Shown here piece after piece: positions 62,412 to 64,000 of a stretch of DNA of 64,000 nucleotides (position 1 is its first letter; every line of letters starts with the position of its first letter). The position numbers were made by a program, and so were the translations under genes. The notes under the pieces are model-generated. The model did not search any database. It was not told where the DNA came from and saw only the letters and a program-made list of their open reading frames with translations. Location: assembly GCF_009914755.1 (NCBI RefSeq), contig NC_060936.1; one strand, 5' to 3'. The DNA is from the human T2T-CHM13v2.0 reference genome, Homo sapiens.

Positions 62412-63521
62412 GATGCTTGTCTTTCCAGGACTGAAACATCACAGAACAAGAGGGGAGATGATATCTCTTGCCATAGTGGGCATCAATCCAGTTTTTCTGC
62501 CGAGCTGCTTCCCAGTCTGTTGTCAGCCATCCTGCCACACCCTCATGGTGCATCCCTGCACCATTTCACAATGATGGGGGCAAGGACTTGTCCAAGTGCA
62601 CATGGTGAGCCTGGCTGGCCTGGGGATTACCACCCATGAGTTCTGCTTCCCACCTGCCATTGCCCTTAAGAGCTCTGGTAATCGTCATGGTTATTTACCA
62701 AAGGGGTGATAAATATGTTAAGCCCTGTATTGATTCACTTTGCATATGTTATCTCTAATTTTCAGAAGGTGAGTTTCTTCATCTTACATTGTGTGAATCT
62801 GAGGTTTGCAAAGGCTGAATAACTTGTACAAGATCACACTCTAGAATGAAATCCTTATCTGATCCCCAAACCTGTGCTTCTAGCCACTTTGATGTACTAC
62901 AACCCTTCCTAAACCAATCTAAGTTCAGTGGCATTTGGAAAGAAAAGCTAGTCAGAAAAAATATTTCCAAACTCAGTTGCCTTCTCTCACTCTCATTCCA
63001 ATTCTTCCCAAGTTCCCTGCTTGCAAGGCCTTCTCCACAGTCAACTTTGACCTTCTCTTTGGCTTTTGTCCTTTTTTTTTTTTTTTTTTTTTTTTAGAGT
63101 AAACTATTCTTAAACTCAAACAACCCTTCCTTCTTTTGTCACTACTATATTCCCTGTGCTTTCCAGATGCAAGGAAAGTAAAATGGCAGGGCTGGGCCTG
63201 GGACAAAGGGTTCTGGGTGCTAGCAGGGTGTGGCCTGGTCTGGCCTGCGGACAGATGGCTTCCTTTTTCCCTCCCACACAGACCCAAGCTTCTGTGTGGA
63301 AGCGTGAACCTCAGACACTTAGACGTCTCCAGTTCCTTCAGGATTGAGCAAGTCAGGGTGGGGAGAGGGGGGAAGTGGTAAAGATCTAAGTCTGTGTAGG
63401 TCGTGTACCATCTGTATTCAAGGAGCATCTTGGGTAATTAAGCACCTACCCATGTCCAAGGCCACGTAGAGGCTTTATAGAATTAAAATACCTGCTCTCA
63501 AGGAGCTTGAAATCTGATAAC

Positions 63522-63535
63522 ATGCATAATTAATG
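63522..63535. promoter_or_regulatory. POU4F (Brn3)-type site ATGCATAATTAATG about 1.1 kb upstream of the AVIL ATG
   Basis: 14-bp match to the POU4F consensus as I recall it. Confidence 0.5.
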
Positions 63536-64000
63536 TAAAGCTAGATTAATTTCTCCCAAGAGGCAAAGGAAAAAGGATGGGGTTGATGGATTTATGTAAG
63601 ATTTAAAAATTCACCCAGAAAGGACTGTATGCATTTTTGCTGTTTGGGGACATACTGTTTGTTAAGAGGAACATGTCTGACCATTGTTTTCTTGAACCTT
63701 GATGGACAAAGCCAAGTTTGGAGAGCATGCGCCATCTAGTATGGACTTTGGCAAAAAACCATAAAGCTCAAAGCAGACTCGCTTTGTCTACTGCTGTAGC
63801 AGGACTAAAGCAAGGCAATGGTGCGGAGCAGCCAGTGTTTGAGAATTTAATTTGATAACTTGTGCTGCCCCACCCTGTGCTGCTCAGAATTGCCAGGAAA
63901 TATGGTGTTTGGGTTTTCTTCAGACCCTACGTAGCAGTCATTAAAGGCAAAAGCCATGAGCCAACTAGGGGAAGGGGACAAGGGCCACTGAATTCATTCC

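Overview
This is human-type genomic DNA that I recognise as chr12q14.1, next to CDK4 (CDK4 itself is not in the window). Six spliced genes can be rebuilt exon by exon with GT-AG boundaries, and the protein lengths match those I recall: MARCHF9 (+, 346 aa), CYP27B1 (-, 508 aa), METTL1 (-, 276 aa), EEF1AKMT3/METTL21B (+, 226 aa), TSFM (+, 325 aa) and AVIL (-, 819 aa). The window also holds about 43 Alu elements, a full-length Tigger3b-type DNA transposon, L1/L2/MIR relics, a U6 retropseudogene and four CpG-rich regions. I see no wholly new gene system; most long ORFs in the track are Alu or GC-rich artefacts. The most unusual signals are: (i) local templated copies, namely 31 bp of an AVIL coding exon inside an intronic Alu with a snap-back hairpin, and a 105-bp copy of the EEF1AKMT3 terminal-exon acceptor region 1 kb upstream; (ii) no canonical poly(A) hexamer between METTL1 and CYP27B1, plus a splice donor in the METTL1 3' UTR, suggesting read-through; (iii) two strong-Kozak uORFs in MARCHF9; (iv) CRE and HNF4-type motifs in METTL1 introns, candidates for a renal CYP27B1 enhancer; (v) a consensus POU4F site upstream of AVIL; (vi) Alu- and L2-derived cassette exons in TSFM and EEF1AKMT3. 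All alignments and motif scans were done by eye, and repeat boundaries are approximate.
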